DNA of 64,000 nucleotides from Candidatus Thorarchaeota archaeon (GTDB lineage: Archaea > Asgardarchaeota > Thorarchaeia > Thorarchaeales > Thorarchaeaceae): assembly GCA_048882485.1 (NCBI GenBank), contig JBHLRP010000002.1, positions 38,527 to 102,526 of the forward strand, in the 5' to 3' direction. The notes beneath the pieces were generated by a model. That model had not been told where the DNA came from. It was given only the letters and a program-made list of their open reading frames with translations, and did not search any database. The position numbers and the translations under genes were made by a program. Position 1 is the stretch's first letter, and each line of letters starts with the position of its first letter. Shown here in pieces: positions 1-9,578 of this stretch.

Positions 1-97
1 TTTTATAGGTCCGCTAGCGCATCTCAAAGTTATCAAATGACTCAAGAAAACCGGCTATATTGCTGGTTTCCTGAGCCCGCGCAACGGAGGTTGCCAA

Positions 98-1678
98 TTG
101 TCTGATTCAAGTAGAGCACGTTGGAAAGATAGTGGCTGGTACGTTAGCATATCTGGATTTTGGTGGGAATACCGCAAGCATAGAATGGGACTACTTGGAG
201 TCCTTGCACTAGTGATATTCTTAGTCATGGCAGTTGGCGCTCCAGTTTTTGCCACTCATGACCCCTCACCTTCGGTTAAGGTTGGCCCAAGATTCATGGC
301 ACCACAGTGGACGGAGATTTTCGATCCTACTGGGGTAGTTACTAGGAACTACCTGCCAGACCCGGATCTGGACTCTGCATCGATTGGCGAGGTCATCCTT
401 GAGGGCAGCTCAGGCGAATTCATTGGTGCACGGAATTTTGCCGCATCACCCGACGAAAAAAGCAACATAACATTCGAATGGATACATGTTGCTAACACTA
501 GTATAGAATTCCGATCACCGCCTGATTCCGATGAGAATTTGCCCGATACACTGGACTTTCTCTATTATACCCAGTCATTTGAGTGGGAATATGAGCGTCT
601 TCCAAAAGATGTTAACGTAAGTGTGAGCTACATTATAGAAACATCAGGGGACTTCCTTACTAACGAGTATGGTGGCAAGATGTTTGAGTTGATGGTCTGG
701 CTAATTGATTCGTCTGGTAATTGGACAAGAATCTTCCAATCTGTGCCCCCCTACACTGGAAACCTTGTCAATCGGCCTGTTGACCTTGGGTTCCTTGATA
801 TATTGGAGGGCTGGGAGGGCATGATAGATGAAGGCGAAGGGCAACAGGATCCAACTGACACTCTTACAGTGGCTGTAGGCCTCGCACCCACATATTCGTT
901 CGCAAGCAACGCCACTGGTCCCACACCTTGGACATTCTACAACGGGTCGGTGACGGCAACAATCACACACTTGGAATGTGTGGCTTTCGGCGATTACTTT
1001 GGCATTTTAGGCACAACAGACAAGGGCGCTGATGCATGGAGTCAGTTGGTTTATGGAACAAGAATCTCATTGTACATAGGTCTTATTGCGGCTTCTCTAT
1101 CTACTGCAGCAGGCGTTGCCGTGGGACTGATATCAGGTTACTTTGGTGGGAAGGTTGACGAAGTCGTCATGCGTGTAGTGGACTTTCTCTTGGTGATACC
1201 ACGCTTGCCGCTACTAATGGTCCTCGCGGCATTTTTGGGTCCTTCAGTAGATACAATAATCATAGTGATAGCAATTCTTGGGTGGACGGGAACTTCTCGA
1301 CTTATCCGCTCCCAAGTATTGGCGGAGAAGAACAAGAGCTATGTGGAGGCTGCACGTGCGATTGGAGCCACTGATACCTACATTATCTTCAGACACATTA
1401 TGCCTAATGTGACACCCCTTCTATTCGCAGACATTACTTTGGGCGTAGTCGCAGCCATTTTATCTGAATCGGCGCTTTCGTTCCTAGGCCTGACTGATCC
1501 TAGTGAACCAAGCTGGGGTCGGATGTTGGCTGACGCTCAAATCGGCGGTGCCTTTGGAAATGGTGCGTGGTGGGTAGTGATCTTTCCGGGACTGATGATT
1601 ACCGCAATCAGCCTAGCATTCACCTTCATTGGCCACACACTGGATCAAGTGTTAAATCCAAGATTACGTGAGAGATAA
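98..1678 (+). CDS. dppC: Peptide/nickel ABC transporter permease (DppC/OppC type) with large extracytoplasmic insertion
   Basis: LGTTDKGADAWSQLVYGTRISL, EAA motif (YVEAARAIGA), RHIMPN, ESALSFLGL, PSWGRML; about 230-aa insertion after the first TM. Confidence 0.92.
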   Translation: MSDSSRARWKDSGWYVSISGFWWEYRKHRMGLLGVLALVIFLVMAVGAPVFATHDPSPSVKVGPRFMAPQWTEIFDPTGVVTRNYLPDPDLDSASIGEVILEGSSGEFIGARNFAASPDEKSNITFEWIHVANTSIEFRSPPDSDENLPDTLDFLYYTQSFEWEYERLPKDVNVSVSYIIETSGDFLTNEYGGKMFELMVWLIDSSGNWTRIFQSVPPYTGNLVNRPVDLGFLDILEGWEGMIDEGEGQQDPTDTLTVAVGLAPTYSFASNATGPTPWTFYNGSVTATITHLECVAFGDYFGILGTTDKGADAWSQLVYGTRISLYIGLIAASLSTAAGVAVGLISGYFGGKVDEVVMRVVDFLLVIPRLPLLMVLAAFLGPSVDTIIIVIAILGWTGTSRLIRSQVLAEKNKSYVEAARAIGATDTYIIFRHIMPNVTPLLFADITLGVVAAILSESALSFLGLTDPSEPSWGRMLADAQIGGAFGNGAWWVVIFPGLMITAISLAFTFIGHTLDQVLNPRLRER

Positions 1679-1685
1679 GCAACAA

Positions 1686-1714
1686 AGAGGAAGAGGCACC
1701 AACGCCTCTTCTCT
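1686..1714 (+). terminator. Stem-loop after dppC
   Basis: gaagaggc(1690-1697)/gcctcttc(1704-1711) inverted repeat followed by a pyrimidine tract. Confidence 0.4.
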
Positions 1715-1885
1715 CTCCTACTTACCTGAAGTAGCATAGATTCATAACGCACCTGACGCGTCGCCGTACCCCAAGTGAAAATCCAATATTGCCTCTTAAG
1801 AACTCTTTGAACATCATCCTTATTAGGAAGTGAGTTCTGTACTACCAATCAGATAGGTACTTAGTGAAGCTAGGTACTAATCATC

Positions 1886-2968
1886 ATGACGACGGAGAGT
1901 CTGCAGATGGGACTGCGCGAATACGTGATTAGAAGAACTATCTACATGTTTCTTCTCATAGTAGCTGTTGTCTGCTTCAATTTCTTCATATTCAGACTTC
2001 CAACCTTTCTGCTTGGTGTTAGTCCACTGGACCTCATGATCGGCCCAGAGCAAAGGGCTACAATGCCATATGAATCACTCCAATATCTATATCAGAACTA
2101 TGGGCTGGTCCCGGATCCAGACATCTTTGATTGGATCTACATGTTCTGGCGTTATATTGTGAATATGTTCAGCGGAGATTTTGGTTTCTCATTTCAAACT
2201 CAGAGACCCGTCATGGATGAGATTATGGCTCGCCTGCCGAACACACTCCTTTTAATGGGTACTTCCTCAATAGTTGCAATTGTTCTGGGGATTTGGACTG
2301 GCGTTAAGGCAGCAGCAGATCCTGGCTCACGAAAGGATGTCGGCGCCGTCACACTTGCCTTGTTCACTTATTCACTTCCCATATTCTGGATGGGAATGAT
2401 ATTGCTGCTGTTCTTTTCCTATACGCTGCCCGCACTGACTGCGGAATTGGTCGAAGGAGGTATCGGACTACCTTCAGGAGGAACCATAAGCTATGAGGTT
2501 TGGATCGCCTTTAAGGACCAGCCGCTTGGTGCAATTGCGATTGCCGGCGATATCCTTCTCCACCTGTTGCTCCCAATGATAGCCCTGGGAATAGGTGGTT
2601 ATGGCGGATATTTCCTCTACATGAGAAATAACCTGATTGACGTAATGACTGAAGACTACATTCTGACAGCTAGGGCAAAGGGGCTCGACGAGAACCAGGT
2701 CTTATACAAGCATGGTATGAAGAACGCAATGCTTCCTATGGTGACAGCGATAGCAATTACTTTCGGATTCCTCATTAATGGAGCGACACTCACGGAAACC
2801 GTCTTCAACTGGTTTGGCCTTGGGAGGTATATCTTCGACAGTCTAATTCTATTAGACTATCCCGTCGTTCAGGCTATCTTTATGATAGTGGCAATTACAG
2901 CAGTGTTGGCGAACTTTATTGCTGACCTGTTATATGGGTACCTTGACCCGCGTATCAAGTACGGGTAG
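1886..2968 (+). CDS. dppB: Peptide ABC transporter permease (DppB/OppB type)
   Basis: GDFGFSF, RLPNTLLL, EDYILTARAKGL, TETVFNWFGLG, DYPVVQ, YGYLDPRI. Confidence 0.95.
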   Translation: MTTESLQMGLREYVIRRTIYMFLLIVAVVCFNFFIFRLPTFLLGVSPLDLMIGPEQRATMPYESLQYLYQNYGLVPDPDIFDWIYMFWRYIVNMFSGDFGFSFQTQRPVMDEIMARLPNTLLLMGTSSIVAIVLGIWTGVKAAADPGSRKDVGAVTLALFTYSLPIFWMGMILLLFFSYTLPALTAELVEGGIGLPSGGTISYEVWIAFKDQPLGAIAIAGDILLHLLLPMIALGIGGYGGYFLYMRNNLIDVMTEDYILTARAKGLDENQVLYKHGMKNAMLPMVTAIAITFGFLINGATLTETVFNWFGLGRYIFDSLILLDYPVVQAIFMIVAITAVLANFIADLLYGYLDPRIKYG

Positions 2969-3156
2969 TGGCAGTTTCTGAGAATAAGCGAATTTGATCA
3001 AGGCTGGAAGGTCTAATCCATTCCGCCTACCTTATCATCCAATTCGATTTCCCTTCGAAGTCAAAGGATGTTTCTCATCACATCATAACATTTTTATCAC
3101 CTACTAGAATGACATTGCTATCCGATTTCGACTCGGGGATAGGAGATAGAGAGAAT

Positions 3157-5049
3157 ATGCTAAGTAATCGAACAAGAGTAGCTATAGCTACCTTTCTCGT
3201 CGCTGGCTTTCTCCTCATGTCTATCTCGCCTATTTTTGCAACAGCGCAAACATTGCCATATTCTGGACTCCCAAGTGTGTCCAAGAATGGTCCGTATATC
3301 GATAAGATGGTGTTTAGGGTTCAACCAAACACTGAACAACAGATGTTAGCGCTTATCAACGGCGAAGTAGATATGATATGGGAGTCATCTATTGACACCA
3401 CGTATCTTCCTCAGCTTGCAGCTGCGGATAACGTGGAAGCATATGGCGACTGGAGAAATGGCTTTGGCTTTTATACATTCAACTGTGATAGGTATCCGCT
3501 CAACATAACTAGTGTTAGAAGGGCCTATGCCTATGCATTGGATAAGTATGAAGTTTCCGAGGTGCTTTGGGCCGGTGAGTCGCGACCATGGGATGCCATG
3601 GTTCCCCCAGGTCCTTGGACAACTGAGGAGGACTTCACATATTACTACTATGAAGAGAATCTTGCAATAGCTAACCAGCTGCTAGATGATGCGGGACTCA
3701 TCGATATCGATGCTGATGGTTGGCGTGAGAATCCTGATGGTTCGGAGATCGGTGTGATTCAAGTTGCAGCCCACGCCGACGATTTCCAGTCGAGTCAGGC
3801 TGGAATCATCGGTGCCGCTACGCTCAATTCTATCGGTCTTCAAGCAGAAGCCTTCATGACCGACTTCTATACGTACATCGATAAGCTGTACTTCCATGAA
3901 CCTGATTGGTGGATCGTCTTCTCTGGCTACAGCTTCAGGGAGGACTTCTTCAACGCTGTATACTACATGTACGGTGACTACTATGGTGGGTACTACGGTG
4001 TGGACTACTTCAACGAGCCTAATTTCCGAAATGCCACCTTCGACAGTTATATGGATGCTTTTCTAAATGCCAAGACCGAGCAGGACGTACGTGACACGAT
4101 TGGTCCAATGCTGGATATTCTACACTACGAATGTCCTAGAGTCATTGCCTACAACAACAAGGCCTTCTCAGCCATCAGAACGGACAAGTGGGAGGGTCAT
4201 GTCCCACAGCTAGGTGCAAACTTCCCCAACTTCTGGACCAGCATGAAGGTACACCTAAAGGAATCTGCAGGTGGACCTTATGGCGGCACCTTCTATGTGA
4301 GTTCCTCACTAGGCATTGACAGCTTCAACGTGATGTCGTCCATTGGCTACTATAGCTGGGCCATTCACTTTGAGATGTGGCCAGGCTTAATCGAAAAGGA
4401 TGAGAATGCCGAATACGTCGGCGTGCTGGCAGAGTCATGGGAGATTCAGACCCACGCTACTCATCCTGATATAGTACCGGAGGGCAACCACCGGTTTGTA
4501 TTCAACCTGATACAGAATGCAACCTGGAGTGATGGCCAGCCAGTGACTGCTGAAGACTTCGCATTCACATTCAACTACTTCAAGGATGGTCTGGCGTACG
4601 GCAATCCCAATGGAGCCACCGCCACTATTCAGTCTATGACAGCTGCATATGCAGCTACACCATTCCAGTTCGTAGTTGAATTGAATCGGGAGTCATTCTG
4701 GAACTTCGAGAATGTGGCATTCAGGACATTCCCATTACCAAAGCACATCATTGAACCTTATGGTCTAGAAGGATGGAATGTATGGGATCCAGTCAAGGGT
4801 GGTGATCCTCTCATCGTGCAGGGTCCGTTCGTTGTTACGGAATACATCGACAACGAGTTCACTGAGCTAACCCGTAGAAACTGGGCATATGCGATTGAGC
4901 ATCCCGAGCCAACGACGACTCCGCCAACTGGCCCGACAACACCTGAACCTCCGCCACCCTTTGATCCTACACTTGCGATCATTGGTGGTGCTGTGGGTGC
5001 TGCAGTGGTCATCCTGGTCGGTGGCTTTGTACTTCTCAGACAGAAGTAG
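3157..5049 (+). CDS. Family 5 ABC solute-binding protein, circularly permuted, with C-terminal Pro/Thr linker and TM anchor
   Basis: Signal peptide; ALINGEVD, FN..PL...VRRAYAYALDK, LAESWE, WSDGQPVTAEDF, GPF..TEY; ATG 3157 preferred over 3109. Confidence 0.9.
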   Translation: MLSNRTRVAIATFLVAGFLLMSISPIFATAQTLPYSGLPSVSKNGPYIDKMVFRVQPNTEQQMLALINGEVDMIWESSIDTTYLPQLAAADNVEAYGDWRNGFGFYTFNCDRYPLNITSVRRAYAYALDKYEVSEVLWAGESRPWDAMVPPGPWTTEEDFTYYYYEENLAIANQLLDDAGLIDIDADGWRENPDGSEIGVIQVAAHADDFQSSQAGIIGAATLNSIGLQAEAFMTDFYTYIDKLYFHEPDWWIVFSGYSFREDFFNAVYYMYGDYYGGYYGVDYFNEPNFRNATFDSYMDAFLNAKTEQDVRDTIGPMLDILHYECPRVIAYNNKAFSAIRTDKWEGHVPQLGANFPNFWTSMKVHLKESAGGPYGGTFYVSSSLGIDSFNVMSSIGYYSWAIHFEMWPGLIEKDENAEYVGVLAESWEIQTHATHPDIVPEGNHRFVFNLIQNATWSDGQPVTAEDFAFTFNYFKDGLAYGNPNGATATIQSMTAAYAATPFQFVVELNRESFWNFENVAFRTFPLPKHIIEPYGLEGWNVWDPVKGGDPLIVQGPFVVTEYIDNEFTELTRRNWAYAIEHPEPTTTPPTGPTTPEPPPPFDPTLAIIGGAVGAAVVILVGGFVLLRQK

Positions 5050-5060
5050 TTCTATCATTT

Positions 5061-5094
5061 GGGGACAACTGTCCCCGCCCCCTTCTTTTTTTTT
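5061..5094 (+). terminator. Hairpin plus T-tract terminator
   Basis: ggggac-aact-gtcccc followed by ttcttttttttt, shortly after the SBP stop. Confidence 0.7.
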
Positions 5095-5177
5095 GAAATG
5101 CTTAAGTATTCACATCTATTGCTTTGCGTGAATCCGACTCTCTTTAAAAGAGAAATCCTTGCCTGACTAGATTACTG

Positions 5178-6041
5178 ATGGAGCTAGATAGGTCTCGAAG
5201 AATCCTCATAATAGTTTCAATTCTACCTTTCTTACTCGGATCCATAATGGGCTTTGCAATACTTGGGAATCCCCTCTTCAACGAGGTTTTTTCGAGTCCC
5301 GCAAGAACCTACACATTAGCTGAACTAGCTATTCAGGCATTAATCTCAACTTGCTTAGGGTCTGTGATAGTTCTATCACTTTTTTGGATGCTAGAGAGGC
5401 GATCTGCACGTGGTCGCAGAATCATGGTTGCTTTCATTGTTTCTCCCCTTCTCTCGGTGGTGTTCTTCGTCTTAGGGCAGTCTCTACTTCTCATCCTCTT
5501 CAAGGGCACATCAAACACAATCTTTCCATCCCTCATTTCATTAGGTTCTCTTGGCGTGTTCATGTTTTCCATTGTGTTCATCATGATGGATGCAATACCC
5601 CCCCTCATGAGGAATCTCTTTGCTGCATTCTATGGAAGTGTCTTCGGAACTTTCCTTGGAGTTTCTTTCATATCCTCAAGTATGATAGTATTGATTTTGA
5701 CACTCGTGGTCGAGGACTACCTGCTCATACGGTACTCACCTGCTGCAAAGGCCGACAGGATGAGTGAGAAAGCGGGTTCAGATCCTTTCGACTACACCAG
5801 AATCCAATCTCAAAGCATAGCAGTCGGAGCAGGTGACTTTGTTGCTTTTTCTATGATATCTACTCATGCCCTGCTGTATTTCCCCGTATATGTATGGGCC
5901 GGGTCCATGGCTCTTGCCGTTATAGGGGTCATCATCAATGTCGCTTTCCTCCTAAGGGAGCAGGAGCCACTCCCTGGGATTCCCATTCCTGCACTACTTG
6001 CCATCTATCCCTGGTTGATTCAAATAATTGCATATCTCTAA
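5178..6041 (+). CDS. Presenilin/SPP-like GxGD intramembrane aspartyl protease (family A22)
   Basis: Multi-TM; VVEDY (first Asp), VGAGDF (GxGD), PLPGIPIPAL (PAL-like motif). Confidence 0.75.
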   Translation: MELDRSRRILIIVSILPFLLGSIMGFAILGNPLFNEVFSSPARTYTLAELAIQALISTCLGSVIVLSLFWMLERRSARGRRIMVAFIVSPLLSVVFFVLGQSLLLILFKGTSNTIFPSLISLGSLGVFMFSIVFIMMDAIPPLMRNLFAAFYGSVFGTFLGVSFISSSMIVLILTLVVEDYLLIRYSPAAKADRMSEKAGSDPFDYTRIQSQSIAVGAGDFVAFSMISTHALLYFPVYVWAGSMALAVIGVIINVAFLLREQEPLPGIPIPALLAIYPWLIQIIAYL

Positions 6042-6122
6042 TCTGTCTGCTAGTTCAATTTGACATGCCTGAAGCGTAAGGGAGATATTGAGCTGAACGC
6101 TCAGGAGGAACGGTGCAGCCAG

Positions 6123-6662
6123 ATGTTCGAGGGTAAAAGAATCCAAGACTTGATTATAATCATATTAATCGCTTCAGGCATCATAAGCGCGGCTCTTCTG
6201 GCTGGCAATGCAAGCTATTACAGCAATAGCGTTGCACTTGCAGAATTCGTGGAAGTAGAAGTTGATGATATCACAGTCACAAATATCGATCCGACCAATT
6301 ATAGCGTGAATCCCACCATTTCTTTTGTGCTTAATTTCAACGCCCCCGATGACATAGAGGGGGAAGCATATCTTGTGTATATTCGAATATTGGCACACTT
6401 AAACGAACAATCTATAGTATACGCTACATTTCGAAGGGATTTCAGTTTTCAACAAGAGGCCTTGCATGCAGGTTACGATGAGAATCACAATATTGGAAGT
6501 GATATCTTAGAGGATAAAGACAAGGATGTGTTATACGAAGCATACAACTCAGTAAATTGGACTTGGAGTCTTACAGTACGATATAATTATTCTGTGATGA
6601 GCTCCACTGATCTATATAGGCGCACAGTCGGATTCTTCTATGAAGGAGTCACTCTTCTCTAA
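6123..6662 (+). CDS. Membrane-anchored/secreted hypothetical protein (beta-rich)
   Basis: N-terminal hydrophobic anchor, beta-rich ectodomain with N-x-S/T sequons; ATG 6123 preferred. Confidence 0.7.
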   Translation: MFEGKRIQDLIIIILIASGIISAALLAGNASYYSNSVALAEFVEVEVDDITVTNIDPTNYSVNPTISFVLNFNAPDDIEGEAYLVYIRILAHLNEQSIVYATFRRDFSFQQEALHAGYDENHNIGSDILEDKDKDVLYEAYNSVNWTWSLTVRYNYSVMSSTDLYRRTVGFFYEGVTLL

Positions 6663-7674
6663 TCTTTAGTCTTTTCTTCAGCTGTGCGATTCTCTCAACA
6701 GACAGCGGGTCAACTCCACGGATTTCTGCTAGCCTCACTGATACAAGGTCCAAGTACATGATGACTCCGAGGATTTCCTCGATTCTGGAGCCAAACTTGA
6801 GATCCAGATGTTCTGGGCGGCAACCATTCTCCTCGAAGATGGCGGCTGCGGATTTGATTCCTATCCTAGTTTTTTCGTCTTCTTCTCGACTTCTAAGGAA
6901 GACTGGTGAAATGGGATAATCTTTGCAAGAGAGTGTGCCTTCGATTTCATTATGATACATCTCTGGAATCTGAACGCTCGAAGCAAAGACCTTTGAGTTC
7001 TCATTGAACTGGCATTTTGCCCGATAGGCAACTGGAATCAAATGCTTCCATCCTATGAGGACGGGAATCTTGTCTTTGAGTGACTTGGCAAGGCTTCCGG
7101 GTTTGAGATTGGATGAATCCCACTTGGTTGCCGCCAGTTCCAAATTCCTTGAAACTTCCTGTAGGTTGGTCAATTTCAAATTCAGCAGAATTTCAACAAG
7201 AGGAAGAATGCCGGCGAAGATGATGGGCAGAGCGGCCCTTGGCTGGAATCCTGCTGGCATCACATGCAATCGCGATTCATCAGATGCCTCAAGTAGGACC
7301 CCCCCTGTTGTGAGGACAAAAATAGAGCATCCACGAGATTCTGCATCTCTATAGCCTGCTATCGTTTCCTCAGTATTTCCAGAGTAGCTGACTGCGACCA
7401 CAATCCAACCGCTATTTACAGTCTTGGGGAGGATGTAATCTCTGATAGTTAGAATAGGTTTCTCAGCCCTATCAACCAATAGACCCTTGACAATCTCGCC
7501 TGCTATAGCACTGCCTCCCATGCCAATAAGACAAATGCCATCAATTCCCCGTTTTTGAATTCTCTCTGCTTCACTCAGAAAGCCATCACTTGGGCTGCCT
7601 GATCTTAGCATTTGAGGGAACGATGCAACCATTGCGTTCATGTCAGAAGTATCAATATTCTCAAGCTCTTTCAA
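6649..7674 (-). CDS. Bifunctional phosphoglucose/phosphomannose isomerase (double SIS)
   Basis: GMGGSAIAG, SYSGNTEET, GFQPRAA, FNENSK, PEMYHNEIEG. Confidence 0.92.
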   Translation of the reverse strand: MKELENIDTSDMNAMVASFPQMLRSGSPSDGFLSEAERIQKRGIDGICLIGMGGSAIAGEIVKGLLVDRAEKPILTIRDYILPKTVNSGWIVVAVSYSGNTEETIAGYRDAESRGCSIFVLTTGGVLLEASDESRLHVMPAGFQPRAALPIIFAGILPLVEILLNLKLTNLQEVSRNLELAATKWDSSNLKPGSLAKSLKDKIPVLIGWKHLIPVAYRAKCQFNENSKVFASSVQIPEMYHNEIEGTLSCKDYPISPVFLRSREEDEKTRIGIKSAAAIFEENGCRPEHLDLKFGSRIEEILGVIMYLDLVSVRLAEIRGVDPLSVERIAQLKKRLKIREE

Positions 7675-7796
7675 CTGGAAGCCTCATTCAGCGATTTTGC
7701 TTCTTTCCTTAAATCTGATTGCTCCATAAAGGACAATACAATAATACAGCTAACTATGTCATAGGCACTGAACAGTTCTTAAGCGGAGAAATCGGC

Positions 7797-8441
7797 ATGA
7801 ATTTTCAAAGGGTAGAATTCACTGTTGGTGATGACCAGATAGAAGGGATTTTGAGTACTCCCAATCTGCCATTCAAAGACGTTGCCCTACTCCTTCATCC
7901 TCATCCTCTATATGGGGGCAATCGAGATGATCGAGTCATCAGATTTGCTGATGATGTCCTTCTGGATTTGGGATACACAACATTTAGGTTCAATTTCAGA
8001 GGTGTTGGCTCTCAGGCAGACTACAGGGGGTTCTCAGGTGCCATTCAAGATGCAATAGGGGCGTCAAAAGCACTTCTTCATAAAACCAACAGGGATTCCC
8101 TAGCAATTGTTGGCTATTCATTTGGCGGATCTGTTGCTCTTCATCTAGCATCAAGCGCCAAGGCAGACTTCTTGGTGACATTCAGCGCGTCTCTCGATTT
8201 GGCCAAAGAAGCTACCAGTGGGCTAGAACCTCTATCTGATATTCAATGCCCAGCATTGATGTTCCATGGGACCAACGACAACATGGTTCCATTTGATGAC
8301 ATGCGGACTCTGGCCAAGATTCTCGGAAGGAGTGATGTACAGGCTGTTGCGCTCAAAGGGGAGGGGCATTTCTATCTGACACACCTTGATTCCATTGGTA
8401 CCTACCTTCGTGAGTTTCTGAAGGAAACTGCTGAGGACTAA
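7797..8441 (+). CDS. Alpha/beta hydrolase
   Basis: HPHPLYGG, RFNFRGVG, GYSFGG nucleophile elbow, HGTNDNMV, GEGHF. Confidence 0.9.
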   Translation: MNFQRVEFTVGDDQIEGILSTPNLPFKDVALLLHPHPLYGGNRDDRVIRFADDVLLDLGYTTFRFNFRGVGSQADYRGFSGAIQDAIGASKALLHKTNRDSLAIVGYSFGGSVALHLASSAKADFLVTFSASLDLAKEATSGLEPLSDIQCPALMFHGTNDNMVPFDDMRTLAKILGRSDVQAVALKGEGHFYLTHLDSIGTYLREFLKETAED

Positions 8442-8484
8442 CCTTAAGAGGCTGACGCGATGCGAGAGAGTCGGCGGTTCGATA

Positions 8485-9159
8485 ATGTTGAAGGCGGTCT
8501 TCTTTGATCTTGATGGCACTCTCACAATTCTAGCTCTGCCACTTGATGCCATGAGGAGGGATACAAAAGAGTACTATTGGGGTCAGGGTGCACCAAATGA
8601 TTTATTCGATCCAGCTGATGGAATCTCAAGCTCTAGGGTGAAGGCTAGGGATTATTTTTTCTCACAAGGTGTGTCAGAGATTGAGTGGGAGCGCATGGAG
8701 CAAGAGATTGACAAGACACTCAGTGGGCATGAAGGATGGGCCGCCACAAACGCTGCGCTTATCGATGGTTCGATGGATGTTGTACGTGAGCTTAAGGCCC
8801 TCGGACTAAGGACTGCAATCCTTACAAACAATGGAAGAACTGCTGTTGATCTCATTCTGAAACAGCTTCCATTACAAGACCTATTTGATGTGATTCAGAC
8901 CAGAAACGAATCTCCCAGTCCCAAGCCATTCCCTGAAGGTCTCCGGAAATTGATGAGTGATGTCGGAGTGCAAGCTAATGAGGTAGTATATGTTGGTGAT
9001 GCCAGAATCGACGCAGCTGCTGCAAAAAGGGCCGGAATTGAGTTTTGGGGAGTGACCACTGGCGAAACTCCAAAGGAGGATTTGATTAAGGCAGGGGCTT
9101 CTCAAGTCTTCAACTCACTACACGAGATAGTAGAAGAGGTAAAATCCAGAATCGCTTAG
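8485..9159 (+). CDS. HAD-family hydrolase (phosphoglycolate phosphatase-like)
   Basis: FDLDGTL, ILTNN, KPFP, YVGDARID. Confidence 0.9.
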   Translation: MLKAVFFDLDGTLTILALPLDAMRRDTKEYYWGQGAPNDLFDPADGISSSRVKARDYFFSQGVSEIEWERMEQEIDKTLSGHEGWAATNAALIDGSMDVVRELKALGLRTAILTNNGRTAVDLILKQLPLQDLFDVIQTRNESPSPKPFPEGLRKLMSDVGVQANEVVYVGDARIDAAAAKRAGIEFWGVTTGETPKEDLIKAGASQVFNSLHEIVEEVKSRIA

Positions 9160-9247
9160 AATGCTTCCAGAAATAGGCTCCCGGCTTCGAATTCATTTAC
9201 GAAAAAGCGCGCTTTATCTGGTAAATTTATCCTCAAACAAGATTTGC

Positions 9248-9255
9248 TTAAATAT
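9248..9255 (+). promoter_or_regulatory. TATA box upstream of putative small RNA 1
   Basis: ttaaatat, about 25 nt before the start of the end-paired element at 9277. Confidence 0.45.
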
Positions 9256-9276
9256 GTATTAATGGCTACTAATTGT

Positions 9277-9351
9277 GAAGGGTTTAGGGGCCGTTCTCTC
9301 TCATATCTCTCTCTCCTCCTTCAAGCGTTCTCCGGCCCCGCTTTTCCCTTC
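9277..9351 (+). ncRNA. Putative small RNA 1: end-paired stem with CU-rich loop
   Basis: gaaggg/cccttc and ggggccg/cggcccc stems enclose a 39-nt pyrimidine-rich loop containing ctctcctcc. Confidence 0.45.
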
Positions 9352-9440
9352 TGCTCAATTTTCTCACGGGAGAAGTCATTCATCCTTTTTGAACAGTTTA
9401 AGTCGGCCTATAGCCACTCATAGATGCTAATATATAATAT

Positions 9441-9457
9441 GATAAACACTTATATAC
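9441..9457 (+). promoter_or_regulatory. BRE/TATA upstream of putative small RNA 2
   Basis: gataaacac-ttatatac, about 25 nt before 9481. Confidence 0.5.
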
Positions 9458-9480
9458 TAGTTATACAATACTCATAGTGA

Positions 9481-9578
9481 ACAGGGAGTCCGAAACCCTC
9501 TCCTCTCCTCCCTCTCCCTCCTCTCAATCATCTGTCAACGAATACACGCGCTGACAAACTCTTTCTCGGACTCCCTGT
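9481..9578 (+). ncRNA. Putative small RNA 2: 13-bp terminal stem, CU-repeat loop and inner hairpin
   Basis: Perfect IR acagggagtccga(9481-9493)/tcggactccctgt(9566-9578); 30-nt pure C/T tract 9496-9525; inner tgtca/tgaca hairpin. Confidence 0.55.

Noticed and set aside
9160-9480. AT-rich gap as a replication origin
   Set aside because: No repeated ORB boxes and no adjacent cdc6/orc1; the AT tracts fit TATA promoters better
9481-9578. Naming the element a Y RNA or a MITE
   Set aside because: The GUCCGA is perfectly paired, with no bulged C of a Ro60 site; there is no target-site duplication, second copy or transposase in the window
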